This document shows positions 52,174 to 60,736 of a stretch of DNA of 64,000 bases, piece after piece; the first letter of the stretch is position 1; every line of letters starts with the position of its first letter. Source of the stretch: an uncultured archaeon (GTDB taxonomy: Archaea > Iainarchaeota > Iainarchaeia > Iainarchaeales > VGJJ01). The position numbers and the translations under genes are program-made. A model generated the notes under the pieces. The model was not told the DNA's origin, ran no database searches, and was given only the letters and a program-made list of their open reading frames with translations. The DNA lies in assembly GCA_964427715.1 (NCBI GenBank), contig CAYRUV010000003.1, forward strand, positions 9,837-73,836, read 5' to 3'.

Positions 52174-53724
52174 TCACAAACTAAAGAAATCCTTCACCAC
52201 AGGTTGCGAGTACGTGTCGCGGATGGACGCGCGGTAATTTTTCCTTCCTGCGAGTGTAACAGCCGCTTCTCTTCCAGACACCACTCCTACTTTGGCGTCC
52301 AAAATACTTACCAAATCCTTGGGCAGGTCAATTTCATGCGCGGCGGAGAGCAGGAATCCCACATCCTGATTCATGCTCAGCGTGAGCAGGCGTTCGATTT
52401 CCTTCGAAAGCAACGGTTCACGGGGCACGTCAAACAATTGCGTGGCCTCGGGAATAACCAAGAGTGATTTCACGCGACCCGAAACACCTTTTTGTGAGTA
52501 TAGTTCGTAAATCCCGCGCATCACGGTGTACACCAATAATCGTCTCAGCTTAGGAGGGACATTCTTGAGACGCAAAACCCCCACGCGTCCGATGGATTGG
52601 AACCAGGACTTAGATATCTCTTCAATGGGATTCAACCCATTGAACAATCCCGGATACGTTTGGTTGAGTAAATTAAGTATGCGCATAATACTTGAGATTT
52701 GGAACGCGTTGAATGTTTCCGAGGGAGGGAGTTGTCGCAACACCCCATTGGCTTCTCCCACCGTTCCCACGTGATGTTCGTGCAAGAAACGAATGAGGTT
52801 CTGTCCCAACTCGTGTTCATTTAGTCCCAGCACTTCCACCAATCCTTCCGGGTATGTGAGAGAGAGTTCGAGTTTGAGATTTTCAGGAGCGACGAATTCC
52901 TTCAGCGGAAAACCAATCGGGTCTCCTTCAATCTTCTGCTCGTGCAATCGGGCGGGATCCGGATTGGGGTTTCGCATGACGGAAAACTCATTGTTCCAAT
53001 CAATGATGACCACGGGGATATTGGAGAACAACGCCCCCTCCGCAATCACTTGCAGGATGTGCGTGCGATGCTCCGCTCGTGCGTTAAATATTCCTGTTTT
53101 CTTGAAGAACGAAATGGGTTCCTTCACCATGAGTCCGGTTCCCGTGGTTCCTAAAACAAATTCTCCCGGCATCGCCCCCATGTGTCCGGCGGCGGTTTGG
53201 GCGGCCAGCACGGAGGATTCCTTTTCTCCCACGAAGTGGGCATTCGTGGCCAGCGCGGGATAAAGGAGAGGTATCGAAAAGAACGCCTCCGCGATGTTGG
53301 GGGGGTTATCATTCATGGGTTTGAGGGTAATATCATAGGCCTTGGCCACATCCCCCAGCAGGCTGGCTCCCACATCTAATTTTTTCAGGAGAATATCCGT
53401 TTGTTCTAACACGATTCCTTCCTCCCACACCACACTAATGGGGGAGGAGCCGAGCAGGAGAAAAGTAAACGTCTCGTCCGGCTGGTGCTTGGTCAACACG
53501 ACGACTTCGCGCGGAAGGGTTTGTACGAATCCGCTCACGTCTCCCGTGGCAAGGTAGGGTTTGTAGAACTCACACACGACGTTCGTGTATTGTCCGTTTT
53601 CCTGCTGGAGAATTTGAACAAAGAGTGTTTTTTGGGGGTTCGTATAGACTTCCAATTCGCGGTCCTTTACGCTACCCTTCACGAGCAATGTCCAGGGTCC
53701 TTGGGCAATCTTGAGTAGGGGCAT
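52174..53724 (-). CDS. HerA/DUF87-like (FtsK-HerA superfamily) protein with degenerate Walker A and B motifs
   Basis: KTGIFNARAEHRTHILQVIAEGALFSNIPVVIIDWNNEF replaces GxTGSGK[ST]...hhhhDxxGE[YF]. SLLVIPEATQLF replaces hhhhDEAH. There is no GK[ST] anywhere in the 516 aa. Confidence 0.5.
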   Translation of the reverse strand: MPLLKIAQGPWTLLVKGSVKDRELEVYTNPQKTLFVQILQQENGQYTNVVCEFYKPYLATGDVSGFVQTLPREVVVLTKHQPDETFTFLLLGSSPISVVWEEGIVLEQTDILLKKLDVGASLLGDVAKAYDITLKPMNDNPPNIAEAFFSIPLLYPALATNAHFVGEKESSVLAAQTAAGHMGAMPGEFVLGTTGTGLMVKEPISFFKKTGIFNARAEHRTHILQVIAEGALFSNIPVVIIDWNNEFSVMRNPNPDPARLHEQKIEGDPIGFPLKEFVAPENLKLELSLTYPEGLVEVLGLNEHELGQNLIRFLHEHHVGTVGEANGVLRQLPPSETFNAFQISSIMRILNLLNQTYPGLFNGLNPIEEISKSWFQSIGRVGVLRLKNVPPKLRRLLVYTVMRGIYELYSQKGVSGRVKSLLVIPEATQLFDVPREPLLSKEIERLLTLSMNQDVGFLLSAAHEIDLPKDLVSILDAKVGVVSGREAAVTLAGRKNYRASIRDTYSQPVVKDFFSL

Positions 53725-53742
53725 GGGGAATCACGGCGAGGA

Positions 53743-53751
53743 TTTTTATAG
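53743..53751 (-). promoter_or_regulatory. TATA box (CTATAAAAA on minus) about 23 nt upstream of ATG 53724
   Basis: Back-to-back with the plus-strand TATA at 53766-53774. Leaderless geometry. Confidence 0.4.
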
Positions 53752-53765
53752 CAAAGATTCTCCCG

Positions 53766-53774
53766 TATATAAAA
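53766..53774 (+). promoter_or_regulatory. TATA box TATATAAAA centred about 25 nt upstream of ATG 53795
   Basis: Spacing supports 53795 rather than 53711 as the start. Confidence 0.45.
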
Positions 53775-53794
53775 CCAAAGTCGAGAACCCCCTC

Positions 53795-54385
53795 ATGGTG
53801 AACGAAGAAGTGGTGCGGAACACCATCCAGAAGATGCGCGACGCCGGATTGTCCGAGAATGTCATTGCCTCCACGCTGCAGGATTTGGGCCTTTCCCCGG
53901 CGCAGATGCAGTCTTATTTGACGCCCAACGCAGGAAGTTCACGCCCGCCCGCGCCGAACGTTTCCAGGCCCATCTCGCCTCCTCCTCAAAAGGAAGAGGA
54001 GGATGAAGAGAGCGCTTTTTCCGATTTAGACCACGAGGTCTTAGCCACGCGCACGAGTGAGAAAGTAGTCCAACAAATGGAAGAGAGAAATTTGCTGAAC
54101 GAGCAGACGGACGCATTGAAGGATAACATCACACACCTCGCACTGGAACAGCATGGGCAGCAGTTGCAGGACACGCACAATGCAGTCGTAGAGTTGCACG
54201 ACAAATTAGACTCGGCCAATTTGGAAACAATGAGCAACCGATTGAGTGTGGTGAATTCGCGCATGGATCAACTGCAGAAGGATGTATCGGATGCGAAAGC
54301 ACTGATGGGGGCATTACAAACGTTGATGCAGAAAATACTCGAAACCAACCAGCAGTTGTTGTTCGAGACGAAGAATCGGAAATGA
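53795..54385 (+). CDS. Hypothetical protein: small helical N-domain, Pro-rich/acidic linker, long coiled coil
   Basis: MVNEEVVRNTIQKMRDAGLSENVIASTLQDLGLSPAQMQSYL, then PPAPNVSRPISPPPQKEEEDEE, then heptads to the C-terminus. Confidence 0.5.
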   Translation: MVNEEVVRNTIQKMRDAGLSENVIASTLQDLGLSPAQMQSYLTPNAGSSRPPAPNVSRPISPPPQKEEEDEESAFSDLDHEVLATRTSEKVVQQMEERNLLNEQTDALKDNITHLALEQHGQQLQDTHNAVVELHDKLDSANLETMSNRLSVVNSRMDQLQKDVSDAKALMGALQTLMQKILETNQQLLFETKNRK

Positions 54386-54392
54386 GTCTTTC

Positions 54393-54800
54393 TCATCGCG
54401 AGAAAAGTTTCCCTAAACTATCCAGTATCTTGTTCGCGGAGTCGTAGATTTTTCCCACGGGATCCTTGATGGTCCATTTCATGTTCTCGGCTTGCCTATA
54501 GCTTTTCACACCAGGAGGGGCGATGTGCTCCCCAGCCTTTTCAGCCAGGGCCTTTCCGGCGGCATCAAAGAATTTGGCCGGGTATTTTCCGGTGACCGCG
54601 TCCATTTCCTTCATCTCTCCCATGTATACTTCACGTATTTTCTTACGTGTCTTCCCCACTCCTCGTGCGGTGGCCTTGGAGGCGATGGTGAGGAAGTAGG
54701 CCAAGAGCAATAGTCCTGCCACAATCACCCAGAATGTTTGATGGGTGGAATAGAGAATCCATAGGAAGACGAGTACCACGAGCAGGGAGAACGCATTCAT
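54393..54800 (-). CDS. Hypothetical 2-TM membrane protein with a soluble C-domain
   Basis: Two N-terminal TM helices. Abuts the upstream gene with no spacer (54800/54801). Confidence 0.45.
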   Translation of the reverse strand: MNAFSLLVVLVFLWILYSTHQTFWVIVAGLLLLAYFLTIASKATARGVGKTRKKIREVYMGEMKEMDAVTGKYPAKFFDAAGKALAEKAGEHIAPPGVKSYRQAENMKWTIKDPVGKIYDSANKILDSLGKLFSR

Positions 54801-55175
54801 TCAGAATCCCCCGTGTCCGCCGCCCATTCCTCCCATGCCACCCATGCCTCCATAGGGGTCACCGCCCCCGCCGCCCATTCCTTGGAGCATGGCCATCATG
54901 TCGGGGGACATGCCTCCTTGGTTATCTTCCGAAGGTTTTACACCCACCAAATACGCGAGGATGGCGAGACCAATACACAAATAGAGCATGGTTCCAGAGA
55001 GTGAGGAGCCAAGGAGGAAGAATACCACTCCCGTAGTTAGCGTGAGCACAATCCCTGAGAGGGAACGCAGAGAGATGAGGAGGAAAATGAGGATGGCCAA
55101 TCCTAGCCAGAGCATGGATGATTGCATCGCAAAGGCCAGGAGGAATACCGCCACGATGTAGGTGAATGTGTCCAT
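54801..55175 (-). CDS. Hypothetical 4-TM membrane protein with a Gly-Met-rich C-terminal tail
   Basis: Tail GGMSPDMMAMLQGMGGGGGDPYGGMGGMGGMGGGHGGF. Confidence 0.45.
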   Translation of the reverse strand: MDTFTYIVAVFLLAFAMQSSMLWLGLAILIFLLISLRSLSGIVLTLTTGVVFFLLGSSLSGTMLYLCIGLAILAYLVGVKPSEDNQGGMSPDMMAMLQGMGGGGGDPYGGMGGMGGMGGGHGGF

Positions 55176-55188
55176 GTTTTTTTCTCCC

Positions 55189-55434
55189 TCACTTCTCGAA
55201 CAATCCTATTTTGGAAAAGATATCCTTTCCAAACGTGGCGAAGGCCCACAATAACACGAGCAGCCATACCAGTTCAGGAAACGAGTAAAAGGTCAGGAAG
55301 ATGATGACAATGGCAGTAATCAACGCCAGCTTGGCGCTCCCCACATTACCTTTCGCCCAATTGTAGATCCAAATGAATAGGAAGATGGTGAGGGCTAGGT
55401 GGATGTTGTCCACCAACGCATCATAGATAATCAT
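55189..55434 (-). CDS. Hypothetical 3-TM small membrane protein
   Basis: 81 aa. First gene of a three-gene membrane run, 13 nt upstream of the next. Confidence 0.4.
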   Translation of the reverse strand: MIIYDALVDNIHLALTIFLFIWIYNWAKGNVGSAKLALITAIVIIFLTFYSFPELVWLLVLLWAFATFGKDIFSKIGLFEK

Positions 55435-55480
55435 ACTAGAAAACGGGATTCGCGACTATTTAATGGGACGGGTCCCCCCT

Positions 55481-57058
55481 TCATGCGTCGTAAATCCGCC
55501 CTCCGGATGAAAGGGATTGATATCTCGCCCATGCCTCGTGTACGAGTCGCTTTCCCGTGGGGGTGGGATATTTCCCATTCAGGCAGGCCATGCAGAGTTT
55601 GTTGGATGGAATCATGAGTGCGCTGACCAATCCTTCCAAGGATTGATATCGGAGAGAATCCACTCCTAATTCTCGGGCGAGCTTGTTTCCAGTTTCATCG
55701 TTCCATTGAACACGTTCACGATCTGCGTTCTGTTCCGCGTGGCGCGCAGCAGTGAGCTCGTGGAACGTGCTCATGTCGATTCCATAGAAGCATGGATTTA
55801 GGATGGGTGGACATGCAATGCGCGCATGCACTTCCACCGCTTTCCCTTCTTCGCGTATACGTTGTGCGAGTTGTTTGAGGGTGTTTCCTCGCACCACCGA
55901 GTCTTCTACCAAAATTACTTTTTTCCCCTCCAATACCGACGGGTTGATCGTGAATTTTTCTCTCACCTTATCCTGCCACTTCCCTCCCTCAATGAATGTT
56001 CGCCCCACGTAGCGGTTTCGCAACAATCCTTCCTTGGAGGGGAGTTGGAGCGTGAACGCATATCCGTCCGCGGCCGGCTTACTCGTATCGGGGACGTTCA
56101 CCACCACCCATTCCTCCTTGTTCGTGGAGAGTGTCTCACTCTTCGCTAATTCTTCCCCTAACCGATATCGTGCCTCATACACGCTGCTCCCTTGTAGAGT
56201 GCTTCCCGCGGAGGCGAAGTAGACCCACTCAAACATGCAGTGGGAAATAGGATGATTAGACGCAGTGAAGCGGGAGCGAATCATCTTGTTTTGGTGCACC
56301 CGAATCATCTCTCCCGGGTTCACGTCCTGTATTCCATGCGCGGCAAAGGGCCGCAAGGCAACGCTTTCACTGGCCGCGAGGAAGAAATCCTCGGTGTCCA
56401 CAAACGAGAGGGGTTTGAATCCGTTGGGGTCGCGCAGCACGACTAATTCTCCCTGGGCATTCACGAATACGATGTTGTAGGCTCCATCCAACTGGTTGAC
56501 CATTTCGGCAAACCCCGTTTCAAGTGATTGAGGAGTATCACTTCCGAGGGAGTGGGCAATCGTGTGCATGAGCGCTTCGGTGTCGGTCTTGCTCTTGAAG
56601 TGGTATCCTTTCTCTTGGAGAATCGTTCGCATTTCGGGTGCATTCGTGATGTTTCCATTGAATGCGAATGAGAACCATTTCCACAACCTCGTGTGTGTGC
56701 GCTCAAAGGGTTGAGCGTCCGCGCACAAATCACTTCCGCTGGTGGCGTAGCGCGTGTGGCCAATGCCCATTCTTCCGGAATATTCGGAGTAGAGCTTATG
56801 GGCCTTTTCCGAATCGCTCAAGCAAAAAACTTCCCCCACCAATCCATTTCCCTTGTGGGTCTTGAGCAGGTCGGCTTTTTTCTCATCAAAAATAGTCACT
56901 CCTGCAGATAGTTGTCCGCGATGTTGGAGTTGAAGGAGCATCTTCTGGAGAAAATAGAGCGCGCCTCCAGGAGGATAATGAGAGAGGTCTTTCTTGAGGT
57001 AGACCGCCGCGACCCCGCAAAAGTCGCTAGGTTCCTCGTTGCACGTGTTGGAGCTCAC
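55481..57058 (-). CDS. purF: Amidophosphoribosyltransferase (glutamine PRPP amidotransferase)
   Basis: Propeptide, then CGVAAVY (Ntn Cys), GHTRYATSG, and the PRTase loop VILVEDSVVRGNT. Confidence 0.92.
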   Translation of the reverse strand: MSSNTCNEEPSDFCGVAAVYLKKDLSHYPPGGALYFLQKMLLQLQHRGQLSAGVTIFDEKKADLLKTHKGNGLVGEVFCLSDSEKAHKLYSEYSGRMGIGHTRYATSGSDLCADAQPFERTHTRLWKWFSFAFNGNITNAPEMRTILQEKGYHFKSKTDTEALMHTIAHSLGSDTPQSLETGFAEMVNQLDGAYNIVFVNAQGELVVLRDPNGFKPLSFVDTEDFFLAASESVALRPFAAHGIQDVNPGEMIRVHQNKMIRSRFTASNHPISHCMFEWVYFASAGSTLQGSSVYEARYRLGEELAKSETLSTNKEEWVVVNVPDTSKPAADGYAFTLQLPSKEGLLRNRYVGRTFIEGGKWQDKVREKFTINPSVLEGKKVILVEDSVVRGNTLKQLAQRIREEGKAVEVHARIACPPILNPCFYGIDMSTFHELTAARHAEQNADRERVQWNDETGNKLARELGVDSLRYQSLEGLVSALMIPSNKLCMACLNGKYPTPTGKRLVHEAWARYQSLSSGGRIYDA

Positions 57059-57115
57059 GCTAGTGTAGTGGGTTAAAGTCGTATTAAACGATTGAGGAAA
57101 GAATGAGCCGAAACC

Positions 57116-57853
57116 CTAGTTTCGGTCGCCGCCGGCGAGTCCGGCAGCTTCTTCCAATCGGTTGACTCGGGGACCTCGTCGGTCTCGTCGTCCGCGTCGC
57201 TGGTTCTGCTCTTCGGATTCGCCGTCTTTCAAGGCATACTCGAAGTCTTCGACTTTCTTAGGGAAAGCTTCGTCGTTGGCGATATCGCCTCGGGCTTTCA
57301 AGAATTCTTTGGCGAGCAACCAATAGATCAAGGCTAAGCTCTTGCGTCCCTTGTTGTTCACCGGGATTACCACATCAATGTTGGCCAACAAGTTGTTCGT
57401 AGAGGCCAATGCGACAACCACGGCGCGCACCTTGGAGGCTTCCGAGATGGCTTGGGCGTCGGACTCAGGTTCCGTGACAATCACGACTTGCGGCTGCAAG
57501 AATTCTTTTCCTTGAGGATTGGTAAATGTTCCGGGAACGAATCGTCCGGTGATGGCGTAGGCACCGATGGACTTGGCGAACTCTTCTGCGGGAGTCTTTC
57601 CATACATCTTGCGTGAAACAATGGCGATTTTCTTGGGGTCGTACTTGGCGAGGAATTGTCCGACTTGCTTGACTCGCTCGTCGATCAACTGGACATCCAA
57701 CACTTTGAGTCCGTCTTTGCGCTGCTTGTAAATGTAGCGGTTCATGTCTCCGCTCTTGAAGCGCGTGCCGATGTGAGCTCCTGTGGTGAGGTATTTCTCA
57801 ATGGCGGGATTGGTCGTCGGGACCTGCTGGATGTCTTCCTTGTTTTCAGTCAT
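57116..57853 (-). CDS. rps2: 30S ribosomal protein S2 (uS2)
   Basis: YLTTGAHIGTRFKSGDMNRYIYKQRKDGLKVLDV ... PQVVIVTEP ... VVALASTN. Arg/Gly-rich C-terminal extension. Confidence 0.95.
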   Translation of the reverse strand: MTENKEDIQQVPTTNPAIEKYLTTGAHIGTRFKSGDMNRYIYKQRKDGLKVLDVQLIDERVKQVGQFLAKYDPKKIAIVSRKMYGKTPAEEFAKSIGAYAITGRFVPGTFTNPQGKEFLQPQVVIVTEPESDAQAISEASKVRAVVVALASTNNLLANIDVVIPVNNKGRKSLALIYWLLAKEFLKARGDIANDEAFPKKVEDFEYALKDGESEEQNQRRGRRDRRGPRVNRLEEAAGLAGGDRN

Positions 57854-57874
57854 ATTTCATCATTCCCCTTGTTT

Positions 57875-58069
57875 TCACGTGTTGTAGCGCATCACGTCGT
57901 CGATTAATTCAACGTGCGTCAGGAGCATTCGTCGGCAGCAATACCGGGCGATTCCCATCCCCTTGAATGCGTCTTCCGCGGTTTCTCCCTTCTTGGTGCG
58001 GGCCTTGAAGTCTTCATAGTGCCCGGCGAGGGATTTTCCGCATGAAAAGCATCGAATGGGGGTGATCAT
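57875..58069 (-). CDS. rpoN: DNA-directed RNA polymerase subunit N (Rpo10)
   Basis: MITPIRCFSCGK...YCCRRMLLTHVELID. 64 aa. Confidence 0.95.
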   Translation of the reverse strand: MITPIRCFSCGKSLAGHYEDFKARTKKGETAEDAFKGMGIARYCCRRMLLTHVELIDDVMRYNT

Positions 58070-58085
58070 GGTTTTTTCATCTCCG

Positions 58086-58493
58086 TTATCGCTTCGAGTG
58101 CTGCTTCTTCTTTCGCGCCTTGGGTCCTAAGGGCTTCTTAGGTTCCGTTCGTCGAGAATCGTCGACCAGCAGCATGCGGTCGTACGCAATGAATTTCTTC
58201 TTCAATTTCTCATCCTTCAAATATCCCACCAGGGCTTTGGCGATAGAGGCTCGGGCCGCGACCGCCTGAGACATCTGTCCTCCTCCCTGGACGTGGATGG
58301 TAATATCGAGGTTGTTGCCCGCTCCCTCGGCTAAGACGAGGGGTTCGCGGATATACTCTTGCAAAATAGCCGGATCGACCAAATTGAGGTTGCGTGAGTT
58401 GATTCGGATGACTCCTTTTCCTTCTCGCACGTTCGCCTTGGCGATGGCCTCTTTCTTGGTGGCCTTGAATAGTGTTTCGCGTCGCTTTGCCAT
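58086..58493 (-). CDS. rps9: 30S ribosomal protein S9 (uS9)
   Basis: GKGVIRINS...HVQGGGQMSQAVAARASIAKAL...DSRRTEPKK...KR C-terminus. Confidence 0.95.
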   Translation of the reverse strand: MAKRRETLFKATKKEAIAKANVREGKGVIRINSRNLNLVDPAILQEYIREPLVLAEGAGNNLDITIHVQGGGQMSQAVAARASIAKALVGYLKDEKLKKKFIAYDRMLLVDDSRRTEPKKPLGPKARKKKQHSKR

Positions 58494-58497
58494 AATG

Positions 58498-58995
58498 TTA
58501 TCCCTTCACCATTTTGTTATATCCTAATCCTTCGGCCAACTCTAAGACGGTGGTAATTCCCTTCGTCTTCGTGTGCTGGGCCTTCTCGAGTCCGTGGAAC
58601 TTTTGTTCCTTGAACTTCGTCGGTACGCCGATGAATGTCTGCAATCGCTTCATGGCTAAAATACCGCGGTCTCGCTTCGAGGGGACCATTCCTTCGATGA
58701 TTTCTCGAACGATTCGATCGGGCATCTTGTGGAAGCGGGGTCCGAATACCGGGTTTCCGCGCGGTCGCAAGTCCAATCGGGTCTGCCAGAGCTTGCGCAA
58801 CAAAACAGGGTTTCCCGTGAAAACGGCCTTTTCACAATTGACAATTACCACTTTGTGTCCCTTCAACAATTTCTCCGCCACTACGCTGGCCATTCGTCCA
58901 ACAATAAGGTTGGTGGCGTCCACGTACATCGTTGGTGCGGCCGGCATGATTTCCGTCTGGACTTTGTTTTTAGTGGGGGCTTTCTTTTCGTGCAT
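58498..58995 (-). CDS. rpl13: 50S ribosomal protein L13 (uL13)
   Basis: VDATNLIVGRMASVVAEKLLKGHKVVIVNCEKAVFTG. About 20-aa Lys-rich N-terminal extension, or a later start. Confidence 0.93.
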   Translation of the reverse strand: MHEKKAPTKNKVQTEIMPAAPTMYVDATNLIVGRMASVVAEKLLKGHKVVIVNCEKAVFTGNPVLLRKLWQTRLDLRPRGNPVFGPRFHKMPDRIVREIIEGMVPSKRDRGILAMKRLQTFIGVPTKFKEQKFHGLEKAQHTKTKGITTVLELAEGLGYNKMVKG

Positions 58996-58996
58996 C

Positions 58997-59365
58997 TTAT
59001 TTCACCAACATGATCTTTTTCGCGGCGACTTTCTCGGAGACGAGTTCTTCGAGGAGCATGGCCTTTCCTTTGGCTTCCTTAATCTTGTGCGCGGCGCTAC
59101 CGGAGTATCGCAAGGCGGCCACGTGAATGGCGTGTGTGAGATTTCCTTTCGCGAGAACGGATCCCGGGACCACAAAGACCTTGTCCTTGTACGTAGCTGC
59201 AAGTTCATTCAAGTGAGAAAGATTGACTTCGGCGCGTTGTCGGGCGGGAACATTGATCAGTTCCGACAGGACGGCGTAGGCTCCTTCTTTCGTCTTCTTG
59301 GCGTGCTTGTCCATGTGCACGACCATGGCTCTGGTTCGAATGTTGGTGGGTCCGGTTCGTTTCAT
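58997..59365 (-). CDS. rpl18e: 50S ribosomal protein L18e (eL18)
   Basis: MKRTGPTNIRTRAMVVHMDKHAKK...VNLSHLNELA...VVPGSVLAKG. Confidence 0.92.
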   Translation of the reverse strand: MKRTGPTNIRTRAMVVHMDKHAKKTKEGAYAVLSELINVPARQRAEVNLSHLNELAATYKDKVFVVPGSVLAKGNLTHAIHVAALRYSGSAAHKIKEAKGKAMLLEELVSEKVAAKKIMLVK

Positions 59366-59403
59366 AGTGGATCAGTTTCAGTTGTTTTCTTTTATTTTCC
59401 GAG

Positions 59404-59487
59404 TGCAGGAGACAGGATTCGAACCTGCGAAGGCACTAAGCCACGGGATCTTAAGTCCCGCCCCTTTGACCGCTCGGGAACTCCTGC
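59404..59487 (-). tRNA. tRNA-Leu (anticodon TAA), long variable arm
   Basis: Acceptor GCAGGAG/CTCCTGC, anticodon stem CGGGA/TCCCG with loop CTTAAGA, variable arm TGGCTTAGTGCCTTC, T arm GCAGG-TTCGAAT-CCTGT. Confidence 0.9.
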
Positions 59488-59552
59488 AATAGCAAGTTTT
59501 TCCGTGGTATCGTTTAAGAAGGGGCGTTCTCGTTCCCGTGTTTTTCCGTGGT

Positions 59553-60320
59553 TTACAACCCCTCCTCGATTTGGCTGGCAAACCCTTTGGTCTTCTCAAT
59601 GAGAATATCGCAGGCTTGTCGTAAAATGTCCTTGTTGGATAATCCCCCGTGGGTTTCCATCATGAGGATAAAACTGGAATCATCGGCATCCACGCTGATG
59701 TTTGCGCTTCCACCCACTTCTTCGCAGTGACCGCACAGCGTACAGTCGCCGGGCTCGGTGATGTTGAGTTTCTTTCCTTTCATCTCAATGATTTTCACTG
59801 GGCATGAGTCCACGATTTTTTGCATCGTCTCGGAGGAGATGTTTTCGGAAATAGTGAAAACGGGCATGGCGCGATATCCCACTACTCCGGGTTGATACTT
59901 CACGTGATCCTTTCCCTGTCCCATGACCGCTTCTCCTTCCATTCGGACGCGCTGTCCGGCTTTCAATTTGGTGAGGGGGATGCGTTCATCCACTACTTTC
60001 AAGGCCGTGTCGGCGAGCTTGATGTCCTTCGAATAGACGGTTCCCGGTCCGCTCACATCCAATGCAAACTTGACCTTGTCTCCGAGTTTGTAGTTCTTAG
60101 AGTCCGTAACAATCGGGACCATTCCCAATCGGTGTCCCAAGAATTCGTCGAACAATACGGAGTTGTTCTCGTATACGGCCAATTCTTCGATGGCTAAAAC
60201 GGGCACTTCGCTCAAAATGGTCCGTCGGATCGCATTGATCGTGGGGGTATTCGTCCCTTTGATCAGGATGTGGGTCGTATTCCCTTTGTCCGTCAACACT
60301 TTGATTGCGTTTCTGGCCAT
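59553..60320 (-). CDS. rpoD: DNA-directed RNA polymerase subunit D (Rpo3)
   Basis: INAIRRTILSEVPVLAIEE..., an Fe-S-type Cys cluster (CPVKII...CTLCGHCEEV), and its position between S11 and L18e. Confidence 0.93.
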   Translation of the reverse strand: MARNAIKVLTDKGNTTHILIKGTNTPTINAIRRTILSEVPVLAIEELAVYENNSVLFDEFLGHRLGMVPIVTDSKNYKLGDKVKFALDVSGPGTVYSKDIKLADTALKVVDERIPLTKLKAGQRVRMEGEAVMGQGKDHVKYQPGVVGYRAMPVFTISENISSETMQKIVDSCPVKIIEMKGKKLNITEPGDCTLCGHCEEVGGSANISVDADDSSFILMMETHGGLSNKDILRQACDILIEKTKGFASQIEEGL

Positions 60321-60334
60321 GCGTGTTCAGCTCC

Positions 60335-60730
60335 TTAGACCTTCTTGCTCCGATGTTTCTTTTTCTTCCGCGTTCCATCGTGGGGCGTGGGAGTAACATT
60401 CTCAATGGAAAGAATGCGAATTCCGTTTCGCGTCAGGCTTCGAATCGAGGCCTCGGCTCCCTGTCCGGGATTGCGAGGTCGGATTCCACCCTTGGCTCGA
60501 ACTCGAACGTGAACCAAGCTGATTCCTTTTTCGCGCGCCTTCTGGGCGATCGTTTCGGCGATCTTCATGGCGGCGTACGGGCTTCCTTCTTTGTGCTGGG
60601 TCTTCACGACGATTCCACCCGAGCACTTGGCCAGGGTTTCAGCACCCGTCATGTCCGTGAGGAGCATGATGGTGTTGTTGTGCGTCGCGAAAATGTGCAC
60701 CAATCCTACTTTTGCGTCAGTTGCAGCCAT
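60335..60730 (-). CDS. rps11: 30S ribosomal protein S11 (uS11)
   Basis: GLVHIFATHNNTIMLLTDMTGAETLAKCSGG...PGQGAEASIRSL. Confidence 0.95.
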   Translation of the reverse strand: MAATDAKVGLVHIFATHNNTIMLLTDMTGAETLAKCSGGIVVKTQHKEGSPYAAMKIAETIAQKAREKGISLVHVRVRAKGGIRPRNPGQGAEASIRSLTRNGIRILSIENVTPTPHDGTRKKKKHRSKKV

Positions 60731-60736
60731 ACGGTA

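Noticed and set aside
58514-59602. 362-aa ORF on the plus strand, the longest non-annotated ORF near the ribosomal block.
   Set aside because: It is antisense to L13, L18e, tRNA-Leu and the end of rpoD. Its composition is low-complexity (Ser/Gly/Phe/Arg). Open antisense frames opposite highly expressed genes are expected.
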